64,000 nucleotides of DNA from Octopus bimaculoides (lineage: Eukaryota), in contig NC_068982.1 of assembly GCF_001194135.2 (NCBI RefSeq), forward strand, positions 186,515,438 through 186,579,437. The letters are read 5' to 3'. The notes under the pieces are model-generated. The model made no database searches and was not told where the DNA came from. It saw nothing but the letters and a program-made list of their open reading frames with translations. Position numbers and translations under genes: made by a program. Below, one piece after another: positions 63,840 through 64,000 of this stretch. How positions within the stretch are numbered: the stretch's first letter is position 1; each line of letters starts with the position of its first letter.

Positions 63840-63885
<46 letters not shown>

Positions 63886-64000
63886 TATATACTTGTGATG
63901 ACCTGTTGCGGCAAGTGAAGTCATTGTCATGGCTGATGACAGTACCACCTGATTGACACCTGTGCCAGTGGCACGTAAAAAGCACAATTCGAGTGTGGTT

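Noticed and set aside
117-64000. Most ORFs in the supplied track (HT/CV/YI/RE/poly-I/poly-L rich, or X-filled)
   Set aside because: They are translations of microsatellites, SINE bodies or N gaps

Overview
AT-rich, microsatellite-dense eukaryotic genomic DNA from a gapped draft assembly (14 N-gaps, about 5.5 kb). The repeat landscape (several tRNA-headed SINE families at high density, dense CA/TA/GA/TAA/GAT microsatellites) points to a cephalopod, most likely Octopus; this is inference. Nearly all listed ORFs are microsatellite or SINE read-throughs. The only well-supported host coding sequence is one spliced ankyrin-repeat exon (41670-41820, +) resembling PP1 regulatory subunits (PPP1R27/PPP1R12/PPP1R16 family); its neighbouring exons were not found. 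Recognisable transposon coding remnants: two R4/Dong-like LINE 3' ends in a (TAA)n run, a CR1/L2-group LINE 3' end, a Penelope-like RT fragment, a TIR-bounded mariner and a Tc1 5' half, plus many MITEs. The most interesting signal is a set of minimal type I hammerhead ribozyme motifs in short non-autonomous repeats: an approximately 265-bp family (7965-8227; inverted-plus-tandem cluster at 23694-24392), a tRNA-headed SINE with a hammerhead-like tail (37423-37690; 46574-47409) and a half motif at 30781-30800. Together with the RT remnant these suggest Penelope-mobilised, retrozyme-like elements. All alignments and foldings were done by eye; whether these families are already described cannot be determined without a database search.
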